Source: Eledone cirrhosa
Taxonomy: Eukaryota
Assembly: GCA_964016885.1 (NCBI GenBank)
Contig: OZ024745.1
Span: 95,046,001 to 95,110,000 of the forward strand
Length of the DNA: 64,000 nucleotides
Reading direction: 5' to 3'
Both the position numbers and the translations under genes were made by a program. Positions 1 to 14,818 of the stretch are shown piece by piece. The first letter of the stretch is position 1. Every line of letters begins with the position of its first letter. The notes beneath the pieces are model-generated. The model searched no databases and had not been told where the DNA came from. It saw only the letters and a program-made list of their open reading frames with translations.

Positions 1-36
1 TAATCAGAGCAATATATCATAAAGTATATCCATAGA

Positions 37-95
<59 letters not shown>

Positions 96-307
96 TTTAC
101 GTATCGAGAAAGAGGAAAAAAAGGGGGATAGGTGATACATATAGTTATTTGCCAAGTAGCGTATGCCAAAGGTGCTCGATACTAGTGCCGGCAGTATTAA
201 ATATTCGAAGTGTTAATATTTAGTGGGCTAGAGAGTTAGCAGAGCGTAAGCACGTGGGAAAGTAAAAAATCGAAGAATAGACCGTTAAAACATGTTTATT
301 TAAAACA

Positions 308-347
308 GCACCTACGTATGTTTCGCCCAGTTGGGCTTCTCAAGGGC
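308..347 (-). ncRNA. Hammerhead-like motif with U3-A8 core variant, in a (TA)n-flanked fragment (~93-385)
   Basis: Reverse complement gccc-TTGAGAA-GCCC aact GGGC-GAAAC-atac-GTA-ggtgc. Stem I is short and bulged. Confidence 0.6.
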
Positions 348-429
348 ATAAATAATCACAAGTGTAGCTTATATTGCTCGGAAATATATACATATATATA
401 AACATATATATATACATATATATATATAT

Positions 430-784
430 ATTAGAAAGTGGGGTTTATTTTTGCAAATTGAAAAATAACCGAGGTGTCCTACACAAGTGAAAGTATAAAG
501 AAAAAGAGATGAAATCGAAAATTTCAACTGGAGTCTTTTTTTTTTTTTTAAATATATATATTTATTTGGTTCCTTTACCGGTTTCGCAGTTCTTCTGCTT
601 TTCAAAAGGTGAGTTGAGATGGAGGGTCTGTGGTTTTTCTCAGATGTGAGAAAAACCACAGACCCTCCATCTCAACTCACCTTTTGAAAAGCAGAAGAAC
701 TGCGAAACCGGTAAAGGAACCAAATAAATATATATATTTAAAAAAAAAAAGACTCCAGTTGCATTTTCGATTTCATCTCTTTTT

Positions 785-790
<6 letters not shown>
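430..790. repeat. Fold-back inverted repeat of a PLE-type terminal repeat; one HHR per arm
   Basis: Arms ~494-642 and 647-790 around 'gatg'. Flanked by (TA)n. Same family as 20680-21945. Confidence 0.85.
680..717 (+). ncRNA. Minimal hammerhead, U3-A8 variant (also 572-609 -, 21769-21804 +, mutated copy ~20732-20768 -)
   Basis: CCTT-TTGAAAA-GCAG aagaa CTGC-GAAAC-CG-GTA-AAGG; palindromic stem III ACCGGT. Confidence 0.75.
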
Positions 791-854
<64 letters not shown>

Positions 855-856
<2 letters not shown>

Positions 857-1108
857 CGAAGGAAATGTGGTAAAGAACCAGGTGGACCATAACACACCAA
901 AGTACTCATACTTAGGGTAGTAGAGTGGGTAATAGGAACGAGTAGGACCCCAAGTGGGGTCCTACTCGTTCCTATATATATATTTATATAACGAAGGAGG
1001 TGTGGTAAGGAACCAGATGGACAATAACGCAACAGAGTGGGTAATAGACAGAAATAGCCGTGTCGAAACGGCTTGAGCTCTGCCGTCGGGGTCAAACATG
1101 TTCCTATA
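855..1108. repeat. Short (TA)n-associated repeat family with terminal hairpins (also 15921-16080 and ~7798-7850)
   Basis: Shared aacgaagga...ggtggaccataac...agagtgggtaatagg. Hairpin taggaacgagtaggacccc/ggggtcctactcgttccta. Confidence 0.7.
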
Positions 1109-1473
1109 TTTATATATATATAAATAGAAATTAGCGAGAATCGTATTTCGGCTTTGGAATTAGCGAAAAACAACTTCCGAGATGTGTAGCAAGCGCTCAA
1201 TAATTCTGACGAACCAGAGCTACAACATACGTTAAAGGCCAAACACACTGAGACGATGGTTAAACCGTCATCCTCACAGCCATAGAAACGACCAAGTAAT
1301 TCGGGTCAAGCAAATAAAAAATTATGTGATTGAAAAAATCATATATATATTGAAAAAATCATATATATATATATATATACGCATAATTGGGAATATAATC
1401 ACTTATTTCCTAATGTTTGTTGAGTGAGTTGGAATTTGGCCGGAGTATCGCTAAAAAGCTTTCTCCGATATTG

Positions 1474-1545
<72 letters not shown>

Positions 1546-1550
<5 letters not shown>

Positions 1551-2352
1551 GCAAAAAATTAAACGAAATTTCATTTCCCACTCTTAGTACGGCTGTTACT
1601 TAAATATAAGTATGTACACCTACATACATATATGTATACAGACGTACAGTAGTATGTATATATATATATACATACATGCACGCATATATATATGTACGTA
1701 TGGATTCACCGAACATTTATTATAATGCTCTGTGTGTTTGTAAACAAACATCCCTATTAAGCCGTAGTGTCTAGCAACCATCGTTGCTCGTTTGTTCAAC
1801 ACTGACAAAGGAACGCTGTACTAGTTTCAAGCTTATTAGCTATCGTCAGCAACGTATACCTTCCTGCCAGATTGTGGAATGTATATACTTACCTTATGCA
1901 TATTAACGGCTGAGTAGCCCAATTTGCATATCGAGTGGGTTAATCGGCCGGGTGCACCGAAAACGATAAACGAAAAAAATGAAACGAAATTTCATTTCCC
2001 ACTCTTAGTACGGCTGTTACTTAAATATAAGTATGTACACGTACATAGATATATGTATACAGACGTACAGTAGTATGTATATATATATATATATACATGC
2101 ACATATATATATATGTACGTATGGGTTCACCGAACATTTATTATAATGCTCGTGTGTTTGTAAACAAACATCCCGTATTAAGGAGTAGTGTCCAGCAACC
2201 ATCGTTGCTCGTTTGTTCAACACTGACAAAGGAACGCTGTACTAGTTTCAAGCTTATTAGCTATCGTCAGCAACGTATACCTTCCTGCCAGATTGTTGAA
2301 CGTATATACTTACCTTATGCATATTAACGGCTGACTAGCCCAATTTGCATAT
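1546..2352 (-). mobile_element. 421-bp tandem repeat (~1.9 units), one hammerhead per unit; putative retrozyme family 2
   Basis: aaacgaaatttcatttccc at 1561 and 1982. Left end abuts (TA)n. HHRs at 1813-1855 and 2234-2276. Confidence 0.85.
1813..1855 (-). ncRNA. Type I minimal hammerhead ribozyme (second copy 2234-2276)
   Basis: Reverse complement reads ACGTTG-CTGACGA-tAGCT aata AGCTt-GAAAC-TA-GTA-CAGCGT. Palindromic stem III ACTAGT. Extended stem I aagg/cctt and ctggca/tgtcag. Confidence 0.9.
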
Positions 2353-3390
2353 TCTGATGGTACTTTCTGCCTTATTACAACACTTATTTCGACATTGCAA
2401 ACTAACGATGTTTCAATTCTTCCACCGATCCTTCAAGTATTGTAATTTATAATTTTATGGCTTCAGACATCGATAATTAAATGTATTATGAACGGACATC
2501 CTGAACCGCAGATTATAATCCGACTATTCCCTCAATAGTTTGACATTTTATCATGTCTGCCAGCTGCGACGTTCTGCAAATTATATTATTAAGTTTATAT
2601 CACTAAATCTATGATAGAGAGATGCAATAAAGAGAGTTATAAAGAAAACATATTTCTACTTATGATATTCTAATAAATAAATGGATAAAATACGTTTCCG
2701 AAAGTAATTTTTAACTAATACTTCTATTACTGGTTGTCTAGTTTTATATTTACTAGTCGGTATATTTTCATGATTTTTCTACGTTATTCATTTATTCATT
2801 TTTAGCCTGCTGATTTATTTTCATTTAGACAGTTTTACTGTAGTTCTAAACTATAGAGATATTTGTAGATTTTTTGCCATTTTAAGCAATGATTCAGCTA
2901 GCTAGAACACACTGAAATAGATTGCATTGGCGTTAAATTCACATCACAATTGCATACACAAAACAACACTCCCCAATGTGATGTGAATATTTGCGTTATT
3001 TGAAAATAGCTGATAATAATTTGTAGATGAGCTAATATTTCTTAAACCGTTTGAGACTTCTTAGGATTCAGTTATGAAATACTCGCTAATATTTTATAAG
3101 CTCCGCAATCTCCAAATCGTGGAATATATTCATTTATAATATATTTCGTTCAACGAACAAAGTGTCTCTGAGGTTAACAAGATAGATAAGTGTTAAAACC
3201 TTGCTTAACCCGTCTACGAAATTAAAATATTACATTTCTTATCCGTTAGAAATATAAATCCATACTGAAGTTGATAGAACATATAAAGGTGAAGTAGGGC
3301 CATGACATCAACTACATATTATTCTCTAATTTCGTGATTTCGTGTCAAAGTAAGAAATGTGTATTAATATTTTTAACATGATGATGTTAA

Positions 3391-3813
3391 TAATAGTTTT
3401 TTATATAGGCACAAGGCCAGCAATTTTGGGGTATGGGAAAATCGATTAAATTGACCCCAGTACGTTACTGGTGCTTTATTTTATCGACCCCGTAAGGATG
3501 CATGACAAAGTTAACCTCGGCGTGATTTGAACTCAGACCGTAAAGGGCCGTAACTCTGTGCTGCAAAGCATGGCGTCCGACTCTCTACCGGTACTGCCAA
3601 TCCACCGCTCATTATGTTTATAATGAGCGGTGGATTGGCAGTATCGGTAGAGAGTCGAAACGCCATGCTTTGCAGCATTGAGTTACGGCCCTTTATAATC
3701 TACGTTCAAATACCGCCGAGGTTAACTTTGCTTACGGGGGTCGATAAAATAAAGTACCAGTAATAAACAGGGTTAATTGCTAGCCTTGTGCCAAAAATAG
3801 AAACAATTATTAT
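3391..3813. mobile_element. Head-to-head pair of tRNA-derived SINEs (3391-3608 -, 3627-3813 +)
   Basis: Family consensus ggcggtggattggcagtatcggtagag...gagttcaaatccc...ctttcatccttacggggtcgataaaataaagtaccag...gtgccaaaagtagaaacaatta, with A/B-box-like motifs. Confidence 0.85.
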
Positions 3814-3828
3814 GTTAATAATGTTGAA

Positions 3829-4017
3829 ATAATTGTTTCTACTTTTGGCACAATGCCAGCAATTACTCAGTACATTACTGGTACTTTATTTTATCGACCC
3901 CGTAAGGATGAAAGGCAAAGTTAACCTCGGCGGGAATTGAACTCAGACCGTAAAGGGACGTAACTATGCTGGAAAGCATGGCGTCCGACCCTCTACCGAT
4001 ATTGCCAATCCATCGCC
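3829..4017 (-). mobile_element. tRNA-derived SINE with target-site duplication
   Basis: Full-length family match; taataatgttgaaataat on both sides. Confidence 0.85.
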
Positions 4018-4039
4018 TAATAATGTTGAAATAATGGTG

Positions 4040-4410
4040 ATATTGTTGTAAACATACCCTCTGCTAAATGGACTTTAATTGATATTGCAATCCTTCAAGA
4101 CCTCAATGTGGCTGAAAAGGAAATGGAAAAGAGGAATAAGTATGCATATCTTACAGGTGATATTAGAACTGAGTACCATTTAGACAGAGAAGATGTGCCA
4201 ATCATTATTACGGTGATAGGCACGGTCCCTAAACGTCTCACGTTACGTCTTTCATCAAAAGCCTTGGGATCCCCGATTTCATAGGCAGTGCCCAGATTTC
4301 TATTATTATTAGCACTGCCAGAATCCAATGCGATATATTGAGCCTCTGAGATCAGGGACTGATCTGACGCCAATTTCATCTCCCTTACCATCTTCCGAGG
4401 CAACACCTTC
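4040..4410 (+). mobile_element. 3' fragment of an R4/Dong-like LINE (restriction-like endonuclease C-terminus)
   Basis: The + frame reads LIDIAILQDLNVAEKEMEKRNKYAYL...VPIIITVIGTVPK, matching LIDMSVP...KYKDL...IPVVVGALGMIPK of the element at 54 kb. Confidence 0.7.
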
Positions 4411-4536
4411 TCCATTCTGTCCGCCGGGGCTGTGGGACGGCCAGCACTTGGGACCCCATTTGCTCACTTTACAGAGAGATGGGGAGAGCGAGAGAGATGG
4501 GGAGGGCGAGAGAGATGGAGAGGGCGAGAGATGGGG

Positions 4537-6883
<2,347 letters not shown>

Positions 6884-6920
6884 ATAGCAGTATATACCAT
6901 ATATTTAATAATATATAAGT

Positions 6921-7678
6921 ATAATTGTTTCTACTTTTGACACCAGGCCAGCAATTATCCCATGTGCATTACTGGTACTTTATTTTATCGACCCCGTAAG
7001 GATAAAAGGCTAAGTTAACCTCGGCGGGATTTGAACTCAGATCATAAAGGGCCGTAACTCTAATTTGCAAAGCATGGTGTCTGACGCTCTATCGATACTG
7101 ACAATCCACCTCCATATAAGTATAATTGTTTCTACGTTTTTGGCACAAGGTCAGCAATTACCCCAGTGTATTACTGGTACTTTATTTTATCGACCTCGTA
7201 ATGATGAAAGGCAAAGTTAACCGCCATATAAGTATAATGATACATAAATATTAATATAACAGTATATACCATATATATATATAATAATTTATATTAAAAA
7301 TATAATGATACATACATATTAATATAACAGTATATATCATATATATAATAATATATGATAAAAATATAATATATAACTATCAATATAGCAGTATATACTA
7401 TGAGTATGATAATATATAAGTATAATGATTTATATATCACGTGCATATGAGTTTGAATGCGATTTTTTGCATGCCTTTCACATATGCTACTGAGAAAATA
7501 GTCATGACTATTAACATGTTCATGTATATTAGGGAAAAATATCATCGCATTATTAATAATAAAGAAAGCATTATTAATAATTGTTTCTACTTTTGGCACA
7601 AGACCAGCAATTACCCAGCACATTACTGGTACTTTATTTTATCGACCCCGTAAGGATGAAAGGCAATGTTAACCTCGA
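6921..7678 (-). mobile_element. SINE cluster: one full copy (6921-7112) and two truncated copies (~7122-7226, ~7578-7678)
   Basis: Reverse complement of the family consensus. Confidence 0.8.
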
Positions 7679-8211
7679 CTATTACTAATGTATATTAGTT
7701 AGTTTGACGATAAATTAATGAGTAAATGCGTAAAGCATTGAATAAATACAACTCACAACCTTGCACACACATACACAAACACAAATATATATATATATAG
7801 CTGTCGAAACGGCTGGAGCTCAGCCGTCGGGGTCCTGAATCTTTTCATATATATATATAGTTCTAACGTAGGTAGTTTTGACTGGAGAAGCCTCTAGACG
7901 GAAAGAAGGTGAAGAGCGTCAGCTGTGGAAGTAGAACTCACATCTGCTGTACGCCGTGCGGCTGTGCTACATTTACATCAAAGTGAGGTTAACCATTTTT
8001 CACATTAAATGAAGGTTTATCAATCAGCCAGAATGAGCTGTCTATTATTTGAGGAGCTGAGCAAGTGACGAATTCTGAATTTAAGGATAACTTTTAACAC
8101 CTTGAAAGCACATTCTTTACTATGGAAATCGTCTAAATTGTGCATACAAGATCTTAATCGTAAAAAGTGGACATCATCACATTTGGGACATGAACTTACA
8201 CCTGTCATATA

Positions 8212-9090
8212 TGGTAGAACCTCGCAGGATGAGTACCCCACTGTACAAGTAATTTGCTGTACGAGCTGAGGTTCGTGCGAACTTTTGCCTTGTAGTACGA
8301 GTGGAAATCCACAGTACAAGCGAGTTTCATACAAGCGACCGCTAGTCGGCGCTGAGCTCGCATACTCTCTCCCATCAAGCGCAGCCTCCGCTCGCTCAGT
8401 TCAGATGTTTATCTCATTATGGCAGCATACTATTGTTTTTTTTGTTTTAGTTCTGTGCGTCTTTTGCTATTATTTTATAATAATTTGTGGAAGTGATTCG
8501 TTTCCAGGTGGAGGAAATTGAAGTGGAGAAGGTTATCTCTACGAGCGACATAAAGGTAGTGTTGGTAAAGTGGGAGGATGTACTGAATTTTGAGAAAAAA
8601 AATCATCCTGAAAATGTATCTATAGCTCGTGCAGCTGCTTTATCTAATGGCACTTCTCTGGCGTATTTTAATAACATTTTGAAAGGCAGGAAAAAGCAGA
8701 CTTATTTTGATATGTTTGTAAGTGAGAGAGAAAACGCCAGAAATTGTTCTTCCTGAAGAGTTAATGGAAGGAGAAGCTCCAGCTCTCTGCTCCATCATCT
8801 TCCTCACACACAAATCGTCCCATCTTTAAGGTAATTATATTAATAAAACCAGTTTACATATTTCTTTTGCATTCTCTTTTATTATGTTTTTATCATTTTC
8901 ATTTTCCTTGTAACTGCACGCTTTCAGTTTTAAAACCCATAAAAAATGAATTTTGGGTGGTTTTGCAGGGACGGATTAACTATATTGTAATAAATTTTAA
9001 TGGGAAAAATTGATTTGTAAAACGAGTAAATCGTAAAACGAGTTCGGACATGGAACAAACGAATTAAACTCGTACTGCGAGGTATCACTG
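8212..9090 (+). mobile_element. Non-autonomous pogo/Tigger (Tc1/mariner superfamily) derivative
   Basis: Imperfect TIRs tggtagaacctcgcagga / rc cagtgatacctcgcagta. ORF 8487-8756 ends ILKGRKKQTYFDMF, resembling the Tigger transposase C-terminus. Confidence 0.65.
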
Positions 9091-9215
9091 TTCCCTGCGT
9101 CTGTTCTACCCTGGTTTGAAACATTGAATTTTCCCACTAATTACAATCGTGAAACGCTGCTAATATTCAAGAACCTTCCATTTCTAACATAATATATACA
9201 CGGCGTACACACACA

Positions 9216-9250
<35 letters not shown>

Positions 9251-9254
9251 AAGT

Positions 9255-9495
9255 CTAAAGTCTGTCTTAAGCCAGAAGGCTCATTTGGCCGGTACTTATC
9301 CCGGTTTCATGGCAGGGTTAAACCCCCATCGCAGGGTTAAACCCCCAGCTATAACTGGTACTCATTTTCAGCTGAGTATACTGGAGCAACGTGAAATGAA
9401 GTGTTTTGCTGAAGAGCACAACACGCAACCCAGGAATCGAACCCACGACATTTTGATCGTAAGTCCAACACCCTTACCACTAGGCCACTTGCCTC

Positions 9496-9496
<1 letters not shown>
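9255..9496 (-). mobile_element. Second tRNA-derived SINE family
   Basis: Reverse complement ggaggcaagtggcctagtggtaag...gggttcgattcc (A/B boxes), then cttcagcaaaacacttcatttcacgttgctccag. Homolog at 57933-58285. Confidence 0.8.
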
Positions 9497-9572
<76 letters not shown>

Positions 9573-11222
9573 TTGTGATAACACCTGTGTGAGTGTGTGT
9601 ATGTGCAAATTAATGACTGTATGTATACGTGTGTGTGTGTGCATATGCTTAACTGCATAATGTATTGAATGTCGGATTCTAGGCAGCACTTGCTCATAAT
9701 GAGAATTCTAAATTTGTGTGATATATTTATTGGTTCGTGTTAAATTTAAGTACACAATAGCATTAAATAATTTTCAAAAGAATAATATGTAAAAAAAAAA
9801 TGAAAGAATTAGAATATGATAAATAACTATGATTTCGTCGGAAACTTTATATTAGAAATGGAATTAATTATTTTCGCAGATGAATAAAGATGATAACTTT
9901 AGACAATACAAATATTTACAGAAGTGAATAATGAAATCCGATTTACGTGTAAAAAAGCGTAATCCATAGAACATAATTATTTTAATGTAAAAGTAATTGC
10001 AGCATGTTTGGTTTAGTACTTCTATTTAGTTTTTATTAAATATAATAATTTTTTTTACAAGTCCTTTAATTTGACTTCCTGGTTCTTTTGTTGTTTTCCC
10101 CTGTTCAGTATGCGTGATAATGGAGGTTACTGCAAAATAACGAATTATTTTTTCATAGTTTTTCAATTATTTATTTTTATCAAATATATCCGACAGTTTG
10201 TTAATATCGTTTCATAGACATTAGTAGTTTATTCGATAGTTAATATTATTACATATTAATAAAACATATTGTGTTACTAACTTATTAGATAATCAGGTTT
10301 TAATAGTTTAAAACATATTGTGTTACTAAATGATTAGATAATCACGTTTTAATAGTTTAAAAAATTACTTTTTCCTACACAGAAAGTCCGAGTCAATATG
10401 TTGTAGAGTGGTTCTATTCTTATTAAATTATTCCTCATTACACAATTTATATCATTATCTTTACTATTTATTTGTACATGGAAAAAGTAATTAACTCATA
10501 AAATCCAGTAAGCACAATTAAGGATAATTCTGCCTGAACATGCTTGAACTTGTTTTTCTTGAAAACGTTCCTTTGCAGAACAGTTTATGTATAACCTTAA
10601 CACTACAGGTGAACATTAATAATCTCCCTATACAATTCTTTAGATAATAAATCGCCAAATCTGTTCTTATGTTCGAGATATGAATGTTTTTTCTGTCGTA
10701 AACAGTAGCCGAGTTGCAAACTTATCAAGAACTAATGAAGAAAGAAATATGTGCGTCGCTATCTAAAGTCACTCCAATTACTGGACGTCAATAAGGCATT
10801 CTATAATTATTTTATTCAAATGGTCAAACCAATCAGGTATCATCTACTTATCGAAATGTTCAGCAATTCTTGTGGAGACGCTGCATCTGCGAACGATGTA
10901 CTTAACTATCAATGGTTCCGTTGTCCTAGACGCAAGCATATACCACTTAGAACGGCTTACGTGTAGTAACGTCAATGTGGGATAGGTCAAGGAAGTATTA
11001 TAATTGTGTACTTTCTGAATACTTAATGCCTTGAAGCGTTTAATTCAGCTCATCCTGTGATTACGCTAGATTCAGTTCTCTATTAAAAGAATTGTTACGT
11101 ATACCATTGATGAGGTATTTTCTGCTCCTGAAAACATTTAGTCAATGAATGCGATAGCTGTCGTTTATAGCATGCCATTACTGCTGAAATAGTCTTATAA
11201 TCAGAAGTATTCCAATTATATA

Positions 11223-11550
11223 GGCGGTGAATTGTCAGAGTCGTTAGAACGTCGGATAGAATGCTTTATGACATTCGTTCCGGCTCTCTGCTCTCTGAGT
11301 TCAAATCCCACCGATGTCAACTCTGCCTTTCTTCCTTTCGAGGTCGATAAAAAAGTTCCAGTCCAGCACTGGGGTCGATACTTCCTCTATATCTCTTCCT
11401 CATTTCCTCTCTCTCAGTTTATATCTTTCTCTGGAAGAAATCTGTTGTACTCAGGCCTGGAGAGGGACGGGCTCCACGATGCTTAAAATGCCTAAGAAAC
11501 GCCGTACAGCGCCTCTACGACTCTATCAGGAGTTACGGGACCATGCCATA
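11223..11550 (+). mobile_element. Diverged SINE subfamily with a longer 3' part (homolog ~26522-26840)
   Basis: ggcggtgaatt...gagttcaaa...gtcgataaaaa head plus a shared tail gaaatctg...gagttacgggaccatgc. Confidence 0.7.
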
Positions 11551-12297
11551 CCATTCCAATCATAAATATCTCGTCGTTTTAGTGTTTTCTGGAACTACAT
11601 ATCAAACGTGGCCTTTCCAATTTGAAGATAACTTCTTCATTAGTACATTTATTGTATGAATAAGGACGATAGTGATGTTGATGGAATAAAATTAATTTCA
11701 AACACTGAATATTCATTCTGATTTACAAGCTATGATTATAATTGTTTTATATAACCAGTTTGAAGGTTAGAGCTTTATAGAGCATACCATTTAGATTTCA
11801 TGCCTACACAAGGATTTACATTACCTTCTAACAAGTATATGCAGTAGGCCCTTATAATTGTAGTTTTGTAATAGACGTCAAAACAAGTAGGTGTTTCATA
11901 TAATGACATGGTGGCCTAGAGTTCAAACAATTTCCAGAACTTGTTATAATTTGGTACCTTTCCCTCAACTCAGAATTTAAACAATTACTATTCTCTCAAG
12001 AAATATAGAAGTTGTAATTGTTTGCCAGTAGTATTTATTTGAGATCGTGTATTGGAACCAAAGCAATTACATCGTAAAGAAAACATTTTACCCATTCAAA
12101 ATCACACAAAATCGTTAATTTCCCTTTACTTTTCTAATCTATTTTCTGGTATCAAAATATGTGTAGGACAGTCTATGAACTGGCTACTGAGACAGTTGCA
12201 CAGCAATTGACCCCAAACATATTTACTAGCCAATTTGTTTTTATCAGCCTCAGAGATTTGTTATTCCTTTTTCTGTTATTTATTATCACTTGTAGAG

Positions 12298-12371
<74 letters not shown>

Positions 12372-12373
12372 AC

Positions 12374-12426
<53 letters not shown>

Positions 12427-12432
12427 TATATA

Positions 12433-13094
12433 TAAATGGAATAGAATGAAACGAAATTTCATTTCTCACTCTTAGTACGGCACTTACTTAAATGTAAGTA
12501 TGTATGTATACGTACATACATATATGTATAGAGACATACAGTAGCATGTATATATATATATATACATACAGGCACACATATATATATGCACGTATCAGTT
12601 TACAGAACATTTATTATAATGTTCGCTTTGTTCGTTTGTAAACAAACGAACAGCATGATTTATGCCGTACAGTGTTCAGGCAACAACGTCACCTTTTTGT
12701 TCAACACTGACACAGGAGCGATGTACTAGTTTCAAGCTTGTTAGCTATCGTCAGCACCGTATACCTTTCTGCCAGATGGTTGAACGTCCGAAAGTATATA
12801 CTTTCCTTATGAAAATTAACGGTTGAGCAGCCTAATTTGCATATCGAGTGAGTTCAGTCGGGAGGGCACACCGAAAACGATAAATGGAATAGAATGAAAC
12901 GTAATTTCATTTCTCACTCTTAGTACGGCACTTACTTAAATATAAGTATGTATGTATACGCACATACATATATGTATACAGTTGAAAAAAAAGGTGACGT
13001 GGTTGCCTGAACATTGTACGGCGTAAATCAGGCTGTTCGTTTGTTTACAAACGAACAAAGCGAACATTATAATAAATGTTCGGTAAACTGATAC

Positions 13095-13138
<44 letters not shown>

Positions 13139-13200
13139 GCTACTGTACGTCTGTATACATATATGTATGTACGTATACATACTTACATTTAAACCCATAC

Positions 13201-13257
<57 letters not shown>

Positions 13258-13374
13258 CATGTGTGTATGTATATACATACTACTGTACGTCTGTGTACAT
13301 ATATTTATGTATGTATACATACTCATATTTAAGTATCACCCGTATTAAGAGTGAGAAATGAAATTTCATTTTTT

Positions 13375-13378
<4 letters not shown>
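12433..13378. mobile_element. Diverged relative of the 421-bp HHR repeat (448-bp period) with an inverted arm
   Basis: taaatggaatagaatgaaac at 12433 and 12881. 12981-13378 is reverse-complement partial copies. Flanked by (TA)n. A further fragment lies at ~15580-15625. Confidence 0.8.
12718..12760 (-). ncRNA. Type I minimal hammerhead ribozyme
   Basis: Reverse complement reads aCGGTG-CTGACGA-tAGCT aaca AGCTt-GAAAC-TA-GTA-CATCGc. Stem I pairing is kept despite substitutions relative to 1813-1855. Confidence 0.88.
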
Positions 13379-13430
<52 letters not shown>

Positions 13431-13493
13431 AACGAACATGTATTAAAGTTTCGCACCATTGAATTCCTTGTGGCTGCCTCAAACAATTCGTGC

Positions 13494-14599
13494 GCGATGA
13501 TGGTGGGAGTTCGGTACTTCCGTGTTCGGACACAATTCCCCCGTCAAGAGTGTATATTGATGTACATATTTTCTCAGCAAGTCAGTTAAATTAACATGCT
13601 TCTCCTAGCAACCGATTGCTAGACAAACTTTACAAAAGGAAAATAGTTTCTATTAACATTATTATTAATACAGTGTAGATAGAAAATGCAATGGAGTATT
13701 TAGTCAGCCAGAATAACCAATGTCATATGTAGATAAGCATTATTATGAAAAAGAATTTAGCCATGTCTTTTAGTTATGTCAGGCTATTTTAACTGCAACA
13801 TTCTCTTTGTTTCGTTTAACTACCGACACAGTTCTCAATCTGTAATTCTTTCTCTTTGATTCGAAACGCTGCCGAAGAGTATTCCTTCAACAGTCTGCCA
13901 TGATATCAACATGTATAGACTGGTTGTAACTTAGGATGTGGGAAGATATTTGGCGCTCCCTTTTCTTTCCAGTCACTGGACAGAGTTTTTCCTGTTCCAA
14001 TAGAGAATCCACTTTTCATTGCAATTCACTTAAGGAATGGATGATGTGCATGCATTAGCAACAACGTTGAAAAGAGATCGTGACATTGTCCTTTTTGCCC
14101 GGCTCTCTGTCAATACACGTGGAAAACATTTCTTTTCTTCATCTGTTTCAATTTTAACTACTCTCGAGGGTCTGGAAATAATTTATTTGGACTTCAATAA
14201 CATTTACAAGGTTCCGGAAAACTGCTTGAGAATATAGCGCTACGGTTTCCTAGAGAGTGCTGTTATCTAGGATCTGTTTCAATCCTGAATAAATTTCGAA
14301 ATCTTTCGAACTACTTCTGAGCTCTTCAAACACCAAATAAATCTTCAGATAATGCCTTAGCGAAATTTGCGGCAGTTTTGGAAGCATTTTTCTCATCATA
14401 AAGAAAATTCACGCAAATTTCGTTTTTATCTATGCATTTCTAGGGTTTCATTAGTTAAACACTTACAAAAGAAAATAATTTGGAATAAGTATAAAAAGCT
14501 AAAGAGAAAAACTTGGATATAAAAATAATATTTTGTTAATCAACATCCTGTGAAGGAAGATTCAAATTTATGGACAGACTATTACACATACACAAACAT

Positions 14600-14689
<90 letters not shown>

Positions 14690-14787
14690 GCATGTGTGTG
14701 TGTACTTATAATTGAGTTACTATTTTGTGTGTTCAAATTGTACGTTAACACACTGACACCCACGTACACACACACGTGGTATATATG

Positions 14788-14818
<31 letters not shown>

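Noticed and set aside
1200-1305. CTGACGA ... GAAAC ... GTA as a hammerhead
   Set aside because: The halves are ~70 nt apart with no convincing stem II closing the core.
9420-9496. tRNA-like segments at SINE heads
   Set aside because: No complete cloverleaf; always followed by a SINE body and tail.
10751-10966. 71-aa ORF as a host exon
   Set aside because: No recognisable motif or convincing splice context.
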